Under the pieces are notes generated by a model. That model did no database searches and was not told the DNA's origin. It saw only the letters and a program-made list of their open reading frames with translations. Below are positions 17,380-25,993 of a DNA stretch of 64,000 nt, piece after piece. The DNA is from Candidatus Gastranaerophilales bacterium (GTDB lineage Bacteria; Cyanobacteriota; Vampirovibrionia; Gastranaerophilales; Gastranaerophilaceae): the NCBI GenBank assembly GCA_944324225.1, contig CALUVL010000011.1, positions 2,803 through 66,802 on the forward strand. The letters are read 5' to 3'. The translations under genes were made by a program, and so were the position numbers. The first letter of the stretch is position 1. Every line of letters starts with the position of its first letter.

Positions 17380-18859
17380 TATATTTCATGATAATGAAAC
17401 ATTGAGACAGCAAAAAAACCTCACAAAAGCGCAGAAAAGAACTAATTCAGACACAAAAGAAGGTGTTCTTGTTAACCAATTTATAAAAGACACAACTAAT
17501 CCTCAGAATATTACGCTGAATGACGCAATGGACACACTCGTAATTTCTCAAAACACCCGGATGCCTGACAAACTTCACGAACAAGACACAAAAGCAGGGA
17601 AAAGTCTTGTTCCAATAAGCACTATAGCTCTTGGTGTAATGGGTGCAATTGCAGGGATTACAGCACTCATAAACCACAGTGCAAAAATAAACCTTAACAT
17701 AGATTCTCTCAAACGTGTTCCATCAACTCTAAGAAACGTTGCGATTAATGATGAACCAACCCAGGCTCTCTACAGAATAGTAGAATGCCCGAACTGGAAA
17801 ACAATCACAGCAGGAACAGGTGTATTTGCGCTCACTGCAATGGCATTTATGGGCAAAACCTTCTTTGACGGTTTCCGTGATGTATGGGTTAAAAGAAAAG
17901 AAGCAGATATTCAGAAAAACCTTCAGGAAAGACTTATTGACATTGAAACCCAGTCTTTTGCAGGCAAAATTCAGATTACAAGAAGCATGCTCTCGCAAAA
18001 AGCAATAGAACTCGGTAAATTTCTCAAATATGAGCCGCCAAGGCGAAAAACACCCGATGAAACATTTAAAGCCATTATGTTTAAAGGCTCCGCCTCAGAA
18101 AATACTCAATCAGAAAAAAATAATAATATTAATTATATATTATTAGGCCTCGGAACTTTTGCAGGAATAATAGGACTGGGCTTCCTCTCACTTAAAAACC
18201 TTACAAAAAGCAAAGGCCACATAAAAGATTTTGTAACCCAAACAGGCGAAGAAATTCAAAAAGTTGTTGCAAATTCAACAAAAGACAATCAGCAGCAGAC
18301 AATTGCAGATCTGAAAAACCTCTTTAAATCAATAGAACCTACAGAACCTCAGATTAGAAATTACCTGAAAAATCTGAATATTGACAACAAAGAGGACTTT
18401 ATCAGGTCTATTCTGCAAGACCTGGAACGCTCGACAGTTGACGCAAACCCCGGCTGCGGAGGAGGTTCTACACCAAAAGTAACCTTCTACTCGCACGTAG
18501 ACGACTTTAGAGCCTTCTTATACAATTACCTTCTTGACACGGATAACAAGCAATTCAAAGCCTTATTCTTCGGCACCACAGGACTTGCAGCAATCGGGTA
18601 CGGCGGAAAGCTTATCGGAGAAGCCGTAAAAGATGTTCAGGTTAAAAAAATCAATGCCGACACAGAAGCTGAACTACAGCAGCGTCTTGTTTCCACGGAA
18701 TTAAAAAACTTCAAATCCAAAAAAGACGCAGCAATTCAGCCTTTGATGGACGAATTTTACAAACAGGCAAAGGCCGGAAAACCCAAAGAAGAACTAAAAA
18801 CAATGGCAGAAAACATTCTATTTGAAATCAAAAACGGCCCGCCATTTGTATATTCATAA
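17363..18859 (+). CDS. Hypothetical integral membrane protein, 4 TM, internal two-fold repeat
   Basis: 17-nt overlap with the upstream gene. TM segments LVPISTIALGVMGAIAGITALI, ITAGTGVFALTAMAFMG, INYILLGLGTFAGIIGLGFLSL and ALFFGTTGLAAIGYGG. The post-TM2 and post-TM4 helices are similar. Confidence 0.7.
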   Translation: MQVNNNIFHDNETLRQQKNLTKAQKRTNSDTKEGVLVNQFIKDTTNPQNITLNDAMDTLVISQNTRMPDKLHEQDTKAGKSLVPISTIALGVMGAIAGITALINHSAKINLNIDSLKRVPSTLRNVAINDEPTQALYRIVECPNWKTITAGTGVFALTAMAFMGKTFFDGFRDVWVKRKEADIQKNLQERLIDIETQSFAGKIQITRSMLSQKAIELGKFLKYEPPRRKTPDETFKAIMFKGSASENTQSEKNNNINYILLGLGTFAGIIGLGFLSLKNLTKSKGHIKDFVTQTGEEIQKVVANSTKDNQQQTIADLKNLFKSIEPTEPQIRNYLKNLNIDNKEDFIRSILQDLERSTVDANPGCGGGSTPKVTFYSHVDDFRAFLYNYLLDTDNKQFKALFFGTTGLAAIGYGGKLIGEAVKDVQVKKINADTEAELQQRLVSTELKNFKSKKDAAIQPLMDEFYKQAKAGKPKEELKTMAENILFEIKNGPPFVYS

Positions 18860-18888
18860 CCGCTGACAAGAACAAAAAGGATTCAAAA

Positions 18889-19392
18889 ATGCTTCAACCA
18901 ATACAACCATATATATATAATAATATGTACGCACAGAATTATTATCCTCAATCACAGAACACATACATGCCGGCTTCTATACAGATGCCGTCCGGACAGA
19001 GAAACCATATTCTTGTTGATCCTGTGAAAGTAGATGCATTTGTAAAACAGAAAGAAAATGCCCTGCCCGCCATAGCGAATACGCTTTCAATATCAAATAA
19101 CGAGGCGGAAATCACGGAAAACTTATATATCTTAGACCGAATGATAGAAAACGGGACAGCGGGTATTGACAAGATGTATCCTGTGCTTTCAAGATTTAAT
19201 AACACAAATTCGCCAAACATTCAGACTTTTTTAGCCGGAATTTACAGAAAAATACAGGTTCCTGATGCCTTCGGGCCCCTTGTTGCCATGCTTATCCGGA
19301 ATTCGATCAACCCTCCGCAGGCAAATTTTGATCCTAACGAAGAAGTCGGAGGTGCAATACTGGCTTATCTTTCAGACAGATTTAAAGACTAA
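18889..19392 (+). CDS. Hypothetical protein (Q/N/Y/P-rich N-terminus, helical body)
   Basis: AAAGGA RBS and 167 aa, co-directional within the module. No family recognised. Confidence 0.55.
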   Translation: MLQPIQPYIYNNMYAQNYYPQSQNTYMPASIQMPSGQRNHILVDPVKVDAFVKQKENALPAIANTLSISNNEAEITENLYILDRMIENGTAGIDKMYPVLSRFNNTNSPNIQTFLAGIYRKIQVPDAFGPLVAMLIRNSINPPQANFDPNEEVGGAILAYLSDRFKD

Positions 19393-19513
19393 CTTTGCAC
19401 ATCAATTGTTACAAAATCTTAACATTATTAAACCAAAAATTAAAGTTCTTTCCCATGGTTGTCGTAAACATGCATGTAAGTACACAAGATGATGAAAGGA
19501 AAGGCAAACAGTT

Positions 19514-20515
19514 ATGGGAATGGCAGCGTCACAAGCTAGATTTTTAGGTTTGACAGCTCGCAAGACCAATGTAGAGTACGAAGGTCAGCAGATCAACCAG
19601 CAGCGTACCTCATTGTCTAACCAGTCTGCAAACTACTATAACGACCTGTTGGGTATGACTGTTCCGGTTCCTCCATCAGTCGACAGTTACACCAAAACAG
19701 TTTATACATTTGAAGACGGAGCTCTTACAAACCAGATTACAGCAATGATTGCACAGGCTGACGGAACTTACACAGTAAGTTATCTTTCAAAATGGCAGGA
19801 TGACTATGTTCCGGTTGCAGCATCAACAAGCATTATTAATGTTCAAGGCGGTCAATACTATGTAGGCTCTGACTTATTAAGAGAATTGGGAACAGAAGAT
19901 CCTTCAATTGAAAATGATGATGAAAGAGCTGCAAGAGTTCTTGAAGAACAAGCCTGGATGCAGCAGCTTCAAGATAAATACGGAACCAACGAATGGTACA
20001 TCCGATATGTAACCAACACCTCTACAGGCGAAGAAGTTCCATATTTCTACAAAAAAGCTGATATCGAAAACAATTCAGACAAAACCGATGAAAACGGCAA
20101 TATCTTATCTAACATCAATTGTTACACAATCGGCAGCGACACTAAAGTTCGTGAAGTCAAAGCAGTAGAAAATTGTATGGTTGAAAGAGATTCATCAGGA
20201 CGATTTATCTCAATATCAATTCCGAATGATGACGGAACCGGCACTTATTCTACATACACCTTGACAACAACAACTACAACCGATCAGGATGCTTATAACG
20301 ACGCTATGAATGAATACGAACATGAAAAATACCTGTACGATCAGGCTATTGACCAGATTAACGCAAAAATCGAAATCATTCAGGCTCAGGATAAAAACCT
20401 TGAATTAAGATTGAAACAGTTAGATACTGAACAGGATGCAATCCAAACTGAAATGGATGCTGTTCAAAAAGTTATCGAAAAGAACACCGAATCTACATTC
20501 AAAACATTCGGTTAA
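19514..20515 (+). CDS. Hypothetical protein with conserved-looking N- and C-terminal coiled-coil helices flanking a variable beta-rich, T-rich core
   Basis: Strong RBS GAAAGGAAAGG. N-terminus MGMAASQARFLGLTARKTNVEYEGQQINQQRTSLSNQ. C-terminus LELRLKQLDTEQDAIQTEMDAVQKVIEKNTESTFKTFG. Hairpin downstream. Confidence 0.7.
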   Translation: MGMAASQARFLGLTARKTNVEYEGQQINQQRTSLSNQSANYYNDLLGMTVPVPPSVDSYTKTVYTFEDGALTNQITAMIAQADGTYTVSYLSKWQDDYVPVAASTSIINVQGGQYYVGSDLLRELGTEDPSIENDDERAARVLEEQAWMQQLQDKYGTNEWYIRYVTNTSTGEEVPYFYKKADIENNSDKTDENGNILSNINCYTIGSDTKVREVKAVENCMVERDSSGRFISISIPNDDGTGTYSTYTLTTTTTTDQDAYNDAMNEYEHEKYLYDQAIDQINAKIEIIQAQDKNLELRLKQLDTEQDAIQTEMDAVQKVIEKNTESTFKTFG

Positions 20516-20520
20516 TAAAC

Positions 20521-20551
20521 AAAAGGCACCGGCTAAAACCGGTCTGCCTTT
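20521..20551 (+). terminator. Hairpin after the 19514-20515 gene (AAAGGCACCGG...CCGGTCTGCCTTT)
   Basis: Imperfect 11-bp stem 6 nt after the stop codon. The trailing U-run is weak. Confidence 0.4.
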
Positions 20552-20646
20552 AAAATAAAACAAGCTTATAAACATTTAAGCTTTATATAAATCGCAAAGG
20601 AAACAAAGGATGAAATTGCGACAAAGTTTTTTAAACATTTCCTTTC

Positions 20647-20692
20647 CCTTTTTCCTATTAATTTTCAACGGCCGCAATGGTCGTTTTTTTTT
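20647..20692 (+). repeat. Repeat copy A: 31-nt unit cctttttcctattaattttcaacggccgcaa forming a terminator-like hairpin plus T-run
   Basis: Identical 31 nt at 20647-20677 and 20869-20899. In this copy AACGGCC pairs with GGTCGTT, followed by T9. Confidence 0.7.
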
Positions 20693-20734
20693 GCCCCGAG
20701 CAGAGGCAGGAAAAAAAGCTTTGCTTTTTGACAG

Positions 20735-20781
20735 GCTAACAATTTAAACGTAAACGATGAGTTTTCGTTTTAATTGTTAGC
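20735..20781. repeat. Long inverted repeat (16-nt arms, 15/16 paired, 15-nt loop)
   Basis: gctaacaatttaaacg (20735-20750) pairs with cgttttaattgttagc (20766-20781). Confidence 0.7.
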
Positions 20782-20868
20782 GGTGCCGTTTATTGCGAGG
20801 GGCTGTCGCAGCTTAGGCGGGAAAGCCCCCCCACTTTTTTGATACTCAATCCAAAAAGCGGGGTCCCT

Positions 20869-20913
20869 CCTTTTTCCTATTAATTTTCAACGGCCGCAAA
20901 CGCCGTTTTTTTT
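20869..20913 (+). repeat. Repeat copy B of the 31-nt terminator-bearing unit
   Basis: Same 31 nt as copy A. The downstream arm is changed in a compensatory way (AACGGC pairs with GCCGTT), followed by T8. Confidence 0.7.
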
Positions 20914-21038
20914 GCGACGCAATTAAAAATAATTTTAGCGGCGGGAAAGCCTCACATTTTTGGACTTATATAGCAAATTTCACAAAAATTTTCAAAACAA
21001 CGTCATATTTAAATTAGCCGAAGTATCTAAATAAGAAA

Positions 21039-21111
21039 GATTCTTCGGGCAAAGCCCTCAGAATGACATGATAATTTGTTATTCCCGTCATTCTGAGCAG
21101 AGCGAAGAATC
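21039..21111. repeat. REP/MITE-like palindromic element
   Basis: gattcttcgggcaaagccctcagaatgac (21039-21067) faces gtcattctgagcagagcgaagaatc (21087-21111). This is the kind of palindrome that yields spurious RMT/VILSEAKN-type mini-ORFs in many genomes. Confidence 0.6.
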
Positions 21112-21246
21112 CAGTCACTTTTTGCAGGCTTTCTTCGGTCTAAATTCCTCTGGACGATGGACTTTTAATAGTGTCTATGAATTTTACTATACAAGTTCCA
21201 TATTTTGCTACTTAATCAAAAAAATCATTCATGTTATAATTCACCT

Positions 21247-22125
21247 ATGAGCTTTGGGGCAAAATACAAAAAAATTACAGAAACCATTAAAGATGATTTG
21301 ACACGGCTTGAAGAAGAATTAAAGTCGGAAATTAACATTTATCCGGCGCTTACTGAAGTTTTGTCCGGATTTTTAACAACAAAATCAAAACATATTCGTG
21401 CAGTAACGGCATTTTTATACCTGCGAGCCAGCGGATTTGAGCCGGATGAAAGACAATACAACCTTCAAACAGCCGTCGAAATTATACACAATGCCTCATT
21501 ATTGCATGATGATGTTATTGATGAATGTGACACCAGAAGAGGCCAAACAACCATAAACAAAGGATTCAATAACAAAATTGCCATACTTACAGGCGATTAC
21601 CTGCTGGCATCAGCGCTTGACAGGCTGAACAGACTTGAAACACCGGAAATAACGGCATTATGTACCAAAACAGTCCGTGAAATGTGCAGGGGAGAATTTT
21701 TTCAATATTTTAACCTAGGGAAAATTCCGACTCTTGAACAGTACCTGAAAAAAACAGAACAAAAAACAGCAGGCCTTTTCAGGGTAGCAATTGAAGGAGC
21801 AATGAAGCTTGCAGGCGGCCAAAACATTAAAACAGCCTCAGAATTTGCGCTGAATTTTGGCACAGCTTTCCAGATCAGGGACGACCTTTTAAACATAACC
21901 GGACCGACACAGCTGAAACCTTCTCAAAATGATTTACTTTGCGGAATTTACAATGCTCCAGTAATTTTTTCCGGCAACACAGAAAACCTCGCAGAGGGTA
22001 TTGAAAAAACTAAAGATTTGTTGAATAATTATGTAATTAAAATGCTGAGATTAACAGACAGACTGACAGACAGCAAATATAAGACAGCACTCAGGGAGCT
22101 TTTGGAACTTTTAAATGATGCATAA
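21247..22125 (+). CDS. Polyprenyl diphosphate synthase (long-chain trans-isoprenyl diphosphate synthase family)
   Basis: First DDxxD-type motif LLHDDVIDECDTRRG and second motif FQIRDDLLN. Start trimmed to the ATG at 21247 (the track start at 21205 is TTG). Confidence 0.85.
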   Translation: MSFGAKYKKITETIKDDLTRLEEELKSEINIYPALTEVLSGFLTTKSKHIRAVTAFLYLRASGFEPDERQYNLQTAVEIIHNASLLHDDVIDECDTRRGQTTINKGFNNKIAILTGDYLLASALDRLNRLETPEITALCTKTVREMCRGEFFQYFNLGKIPTLEQYLKKTEQKTAGLFRVAIEGAMKLAGGQNIKTASEFALNFGTAFQIRDDLLNITGPTQLKPSQNDLLCGIYNAPVIFSGNTENLAEGIEKTKDLLNNYVIKMLRLTDRLTDSKYKTALRELLELLNDA

Positions 22126-22786
22126 AATAAAAGAATTTTACAATTTAGCTAAGGCAAAATACGAAACACTAAACCCGATTGCAAGAGAAACAATAGAAAC
22201 GATAATTTTTGTACTTGTAATGGTAATAGTAATAAGGTTTTTCATAGGAGAAATCCGCTGGATACCGTCCGCGTCAATGCATCCTACACTTTTAGAAGGC
22301 GACAGAATAATAGTTGAACGGATGTCAAGATTTTACAGAACCCCGAAACGTGGAGATATCATGGTGTTTTACCCGCCGTTTGAAAGGCTTAAAAACACCC
22401 CTTGGAGAGTATTTTCAAGACTGACAGGCTTTTTCTGCAAAGACATTGCCTATATTAAACGTGTCATCGGCCTTCCCGGCGAAAAAGTCGAAATTAAACC
22501 GGACAAAGCAGGCAAATACACTGTCTATATTAACGGAAAAGCACTTGATGAGCCTTATGTGAAAAGTCCTTACGATTATCCGGAATGCTCGGATGCCATA
22601 ACCTGTGAATTTGACATTCCAGAAGGCTACTACCTTATGCTCGGCGACAACCGTGGCAACTCTCAAGACGGCCGCTACTGGGGCCTTTTACCTAAAGAAC
22701 GCTTTATAGGACGTGCAGTTACAGTATTCTGGCCGATAAAAAGGATAAAAGGCTTGTGGCATAATCCTTACCACACTGCAGAATAA
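22115..22786 (+). CDS. lepB: Signal peptidase I
   Basis: N-terminal TM segment, catalytic-Ser box IPSASMHPTL, Lys box YIKRVIGLPGE, and GDNRGNSQDGRYWG. Confidence 0.9.
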   Translation: MMHKIKEFYNLAKAKYETLNPIARETIETIIFVLVMVIVIRFFIGEIRWIPSASMHPTLLEGDRIIVERMSRFYRTPKRGDIMVFYPPFERLKNTPWRVFSRLTGFFCKDIAYIKRVIGLPGEKVEIKPDKAGKYTVYINGKALDEPYVKSPYDYPECSDAITCEFDIPEGYYLMLGDNRGNSQDGRYWGLLPKERFIGRAVTVFWPIKRIKGLWHNPYHTAE

Positions 22787-22822
22787 ATTTCACTCAAATT
22801 TACAAAACGGCATAAAGTTTAG

Positions 22823-22851
22823 TATGTCGGATTTACTAATCCGACATTTTG
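22823..22851. terminator. Bidirectional hairpin between the convergent lepB and 22865-23233 genes
   Basis: atgtcggat-ttactaa-tccgacat followed by tttt. Confidence 0.55.
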
Positions 22852-22864
22852 TCTGAATTTACAC

Positions 22865-23233
22865 CTATGGCAGCAGATGGTAAATTTTCATATAATCAGC
22901 CATTAACTGTGAACTTGTAGCGTTTGCAACATTTGCTTTCACTGTTTGTTCGCTGTCAGTTTCCGACACCTCTTTAACCTGCTGTGTTTCTTTGCGTCTT
23001 TCTTCTGCCGCCTGCTCAATCTGCGCTTCTCTTATATAATCGTCAATAGATTGCTGAACTTCTTCAATTTTAGCCTTGTCACCGGCATAAGAACCTGTAG
23101 ATTCAATACCAAGCTCCTCAAGCTGCTGCATAATCTGATACCACTCATTATAATTCGTGACACTTGCCCCCTGCGCTGCCGCAGCGGCTCTTACTTCTTC
23201 AAGGTCATCTATACTTCTAATCTGATCAGGCAT
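22865..23233 (-). CDS. Hypothetical acidic helical protein
   Basis: 122 aa, GGAG-type RBS (aaggagagtgtaaaATG). No family recognised. Confidence 0.5.
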   Translation of the reverse strand: MPDQIRSIDDLEEVRAAAAAQGASVTNYNEWYQIMQQLEELGIESTGSYAGDKAKIEEVQQSIDDYIREAQIEQAAEERRKETQQVKEVSETDSEQTVKANVANATSSQLMADYMKIYHLLP

Positions 23234-23575
23234 TTTACACTCTCCTTATATATTTAATCAGTTTTTACACCTCTTAACTATATAAAGTAAAATATTCCCG
23301 CCAAATTTCAGTAAAAAACATTTTTGTAATAAAAGTTAATATTATAATGATATTGAAGAAAATTCACATCACTCTGACTGAAGCAAATTGACACGAAGCA
23401 ATTATTTATTTAAAAATACACACATTAAAATTATTAAGAAAAATTTACAATTTTGGCGAAAAGTTGCTGTTTAAAAGATTTTCAAACTTTACTAAAAACA
23501 GTGAATATGTGCCTTTCTTACAAAAACAATCATAAAGAACCGCCCTTTTTTGCTCTTAAACTTAGTTAAAACCAC

Positions 23576-23603
23576 TTGCATTGAAATATTTTCCAAGTAA
23601 TAT
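23576..23603 (+). promoter_or_regulatory. Sigma-70-like promoter candidate (TTGCAT-N16-TAATAT) upstream of infA
   Basis: By-eye match about 65 nt upstream of the infA ATG. Confidence 0.35.
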
Positions 23604-23667
23604 ATTCATGTTCCCTTATAAAGGGACAATTGTGCACATATAAAATTTAGCCGAAAAAGAGGAAACA

Positions 23668-23883
23668 ATGTCAAAAGACGTCATAGAAATCGAAGGTACC
23701 ATAATAGAATCAATGCCAAACGCAATGTTTCGGGTCAAACTGGAAAATGACCACGAAATTCTGGCTCACATTTCAGGAAAAATCCGCAAGAATTTCATTA
23801 GAATTCTCCCTGGCGACAGAGTAAAAGTAGAAATGACACCTTACGATTTAAGCAGAGGTCGCATCACATTCCGCTTGAAGTAG
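23668..23883 (+). CDS. infA: Translation initiation factor IF-1
   Basis: [69 protein letters not shown] is canonical IF-1. Confidence 0.95.
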   Translation: MSKDVIEIEGTIIESMPNAMFRVKLENDHEILAHISGKIRKNFIRILPGDRVKVEMTPYDLSRGRITFRLK

Positions 23884-23933
23884 CACAAACAAATATAAAA
23901 AAGATACAAAAAACTATATAAAGGAACAAAACA

Positions 23934-24047
23934 ATGAAAGTAAGATCATCAGTAAAACCAATGTGTGACAAATGCAAATGCATTAAAAGAAAAGGAAGAA
24001 TCGCAATAATTTGCGAAAACCCGAAACACAAACAAAGACAGGGTTAG
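23934..24047 (+). CDS. rpmJ: 50S ribosomal protein L36
   Basis: Hand-translated 37-aa [40 protein letters not shown] with RBS AAAGGA. Below the ORF-track size cut-off. Confidence 0.9.
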   Translation: MKVRSSVKPMCDKCKCIKRKGRIAIICENPKHKQRQG

Positions 24048-24202
24048 AGTTTGCATGCGGTGACGTGAACAGCCATCAAGCCTCACGGACTTAAGCAACA
24101 AACTAACCGCCGAACCTGCGGGCAGAATCAGCAGATGGTGAGGAAGTATTTAAGCCTCATACACAAAAAAATCTAACAACAAGAAAAGGAGAAAACAGAA
24201 AA

Positions 24203-24568
24203 ATGGCAAGATTAGCAGGGGTCGATTTACCCCGTAACAAAAGAATGATAATAGCATTGACCTATATTTACGGTATAGGACCGACAAGAAGCGCAAAAAT
24301 TCTTGCAGCAACAGGTATTTCACCTGACTTAAGAACAGACGACCTGACTGAAGAAGATATTAAAAATTTGCGTAACGAACTTGCAAACTACCACATCGAA
24401 GGTGACTTAAGACGTGAAGTAACAATGCACATCAAACGCCTTCAGGAAATCGGATCTTACAGAGGTTTAAGACACAAAAGAAAATTACCAGTAAGAGGAC
24501 AAAGAACAAAAACAAACGCAAGAACCCGCCGTGGCAAGAAAAACGGCGCAGTAGCTAAGAAAAAATAA
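24203..24568 (+). CDS. rpsM: 30S ribosomal protein S13
   Basis: [14 protein letters not shown]... is canonical S13. Confidence 0.95.
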   Translation: MARLAGVDLPRNKRMIIALTYIYGIGPTRSAKILAATGISPDLRTDDLTEEDIKNLRNELANYHIEGDLRREVTMHIKRLQEIGSYRGLRHKRKLPVRGQRTKTNARTRRGKKNGAVAKKK

Positions 24569-24599
24569 TTAAAAAGTAACAAAGATAAAGGATAAAGAA

Positions 24600-24986
24600 A
24601 TGGCAAGACCAGTAAAAACAAAGAAAAAAGAAAAGAAAAACGTATTGCAGGGTGTTGTACACATACAATCAACCTTTAACAATACAATAGTAACTTCTAC
24701 AGATACACAGGGTAATGCTATTGCTTGGGCAACAGCAGGTGCTACAGGCTTCAAAGGAGCAAGAAAAGGCACTCCGTTTGCAGCACAGTCAGCAGCAGAA
24801 TTAGTTGCGAAAAAATCAATAGACCAGGGTATGAAAAAAGTAGAAGTCTATATCAAAGGACCGGGCTCAGGCAGAGAAACTGCAATCCGTGCAATCCAGG
24901 CAGCAGGACTTGAAATTACGTTAATCAAAGACGTAACTCCGATTCCGCACAACGGATGCCGCCCGCCGAAAAAACGCAGAGTATAA
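24600..24986 (+). CDS. rpsK: 30S ribosomal protein S11
   Basis: [30 protein letters not shown]... is canonical S11. Confidence 0.95.
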   Translation: MARPVKTKKKEKKNVLQGVVHIQSTFNNTIVTSTDTQGNAIAWATAGATGFKGARKGTPFAAQSAAELVAKKSIDQGMKKVEVYIKGPGSGRETAIRAIQAAGLEITLIKDVTPIPHNGCRPPKKRRV

Positions 24987-25257
24987 CGGATTTTGCGCAG
25001 GGCGCCGCGTGAGCTTTGACCACAAGTCACATAATCTTGTAAAAGTAAAGTTAAAAGCGAACCCAGCCCGCAATAGCGCGGAGCAAATGAGCGGCAATTT
25101 TACGAAGTAAAATTAAGCGAATGACTGCGAAGCGTTAAGCAATAATCCGGCTAGCACAGCCAACAAACAACCACAATGTACAAACTGCGGGGGCTTGCTC
25201 TTAAGCCAGAAGCGCAAACCATAGATGCCCCGCAACAACAAAAGGAGAAATTTTAAA
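24987..25257 (+). promoter_or_regulatory. Unusually long, GC-enriched structured spacer upstream of rpsD (candidate S4 autoregulatory leader)
   Basis: 271 nt with nested stems: aattttac-gaa-gtaaaatt, and GCGGGGC...GCCCCGC ending just before the rpsD RBS AAAGGAG. Confidence 0.35.
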
Positions 25258-25860
25258 ATGGCAAGATATAAAGGACCAACCAACAAATTATTCAGAAATA
25301 AAAAAGTAAAAGACATTTCAAACAGAAAGCTGACTTCATCAATGAGACAGACAGCTTCAGGTCAGCACGGTGCTGTAAGAAAGAAACTTTCAGAATATGC
25401 AGTTCACCTTGCAGAAAAACAAAAAATCAGATTTACTTATCTTTTGAGCGAAAAACAATTTGCGAAATACTATCATGAAGCAGCAAGAAGAAAAGGCGTA
25501 ACCGGTACAATTCTGTTACAGCTTTTAGAATCAAGACTTGACAACATCCTTTACAGAGCAGGTCTTGGTATTACTCGTAAACAAACAAGACAAATCGTAA
25601 ATCACGGTCACGTTCTTGTTAACGGCAAAAAAGTTGACATACCTTCTTACATAGTAAAAGCAGGCGATGTAATTACAATCAAATCAAGAAGTGCAGCCTT
25701 CCTGAAATCAGTAACTGAAATGATAGATATGGCATGTGCACCGGCTTGGATGACAATAGACAAAGAAGCTCTTAAAATTACATTCGACAGAATTCCCGAA
25801 AGAGAAGAATTAGATCCTGAAATTAAAGAACAACTAGTAATCGAATACTATTCTAAGTAG
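25258..25860 (+). CDS. rpsD: 30S ribosomal protein S4
   Basis: MARYKGPTNKL... with an S4 domain. Start trimmed to the ATG at 25258 behind AAAGGAG. Confidence 0.95.
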   Translation: MARYKGPTNKLFRNKKVKDISNRKLTSSMRQTASGQHGAVRKKLSEYAVHLAEKQKIRFTYLLSEKQFAKYYHEAARRKGVTGTILLQLLESRLDNILYRAGLGITRKQTRQIVNHGHVLVNGKKVDIPSYIVKAGDVITIKSRSAAFLKSVTEMIDMACAPAWMTIDKEALKITFDRIPEREELDPEIKEQLVIEYYSK

Positions 25861-25993
25861 AGGGATTTTGCGTAAAAACACTAAAAAACAACATACCAAA
25901 ACGCAATATCCACAAGGGCTAAAGCCCAGACCATTTAGAAAAATTCAAACGGAGAAATCCACAATAGTTAATTAAACAACTAGGAGATTAAAA

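Noticed and set aside
20647-20913. Possible CRISPR-like array (identical 31-nt repeats). The same question arises for the 26-nt repeats at 52738/52855.
   Set aside because: There are only two copies of each, with irregular spacing. The repeats complete terminator hairpins, and there are no cas genes in the window.
21068-21250. 60-aa ORF MIICYSRHSEQSEESSHF...
   Set aside because: It is translated across the REP-like palindrome (gtcattctgagcagagcgaagaatc). This is a classic spurious ORF from such elements.
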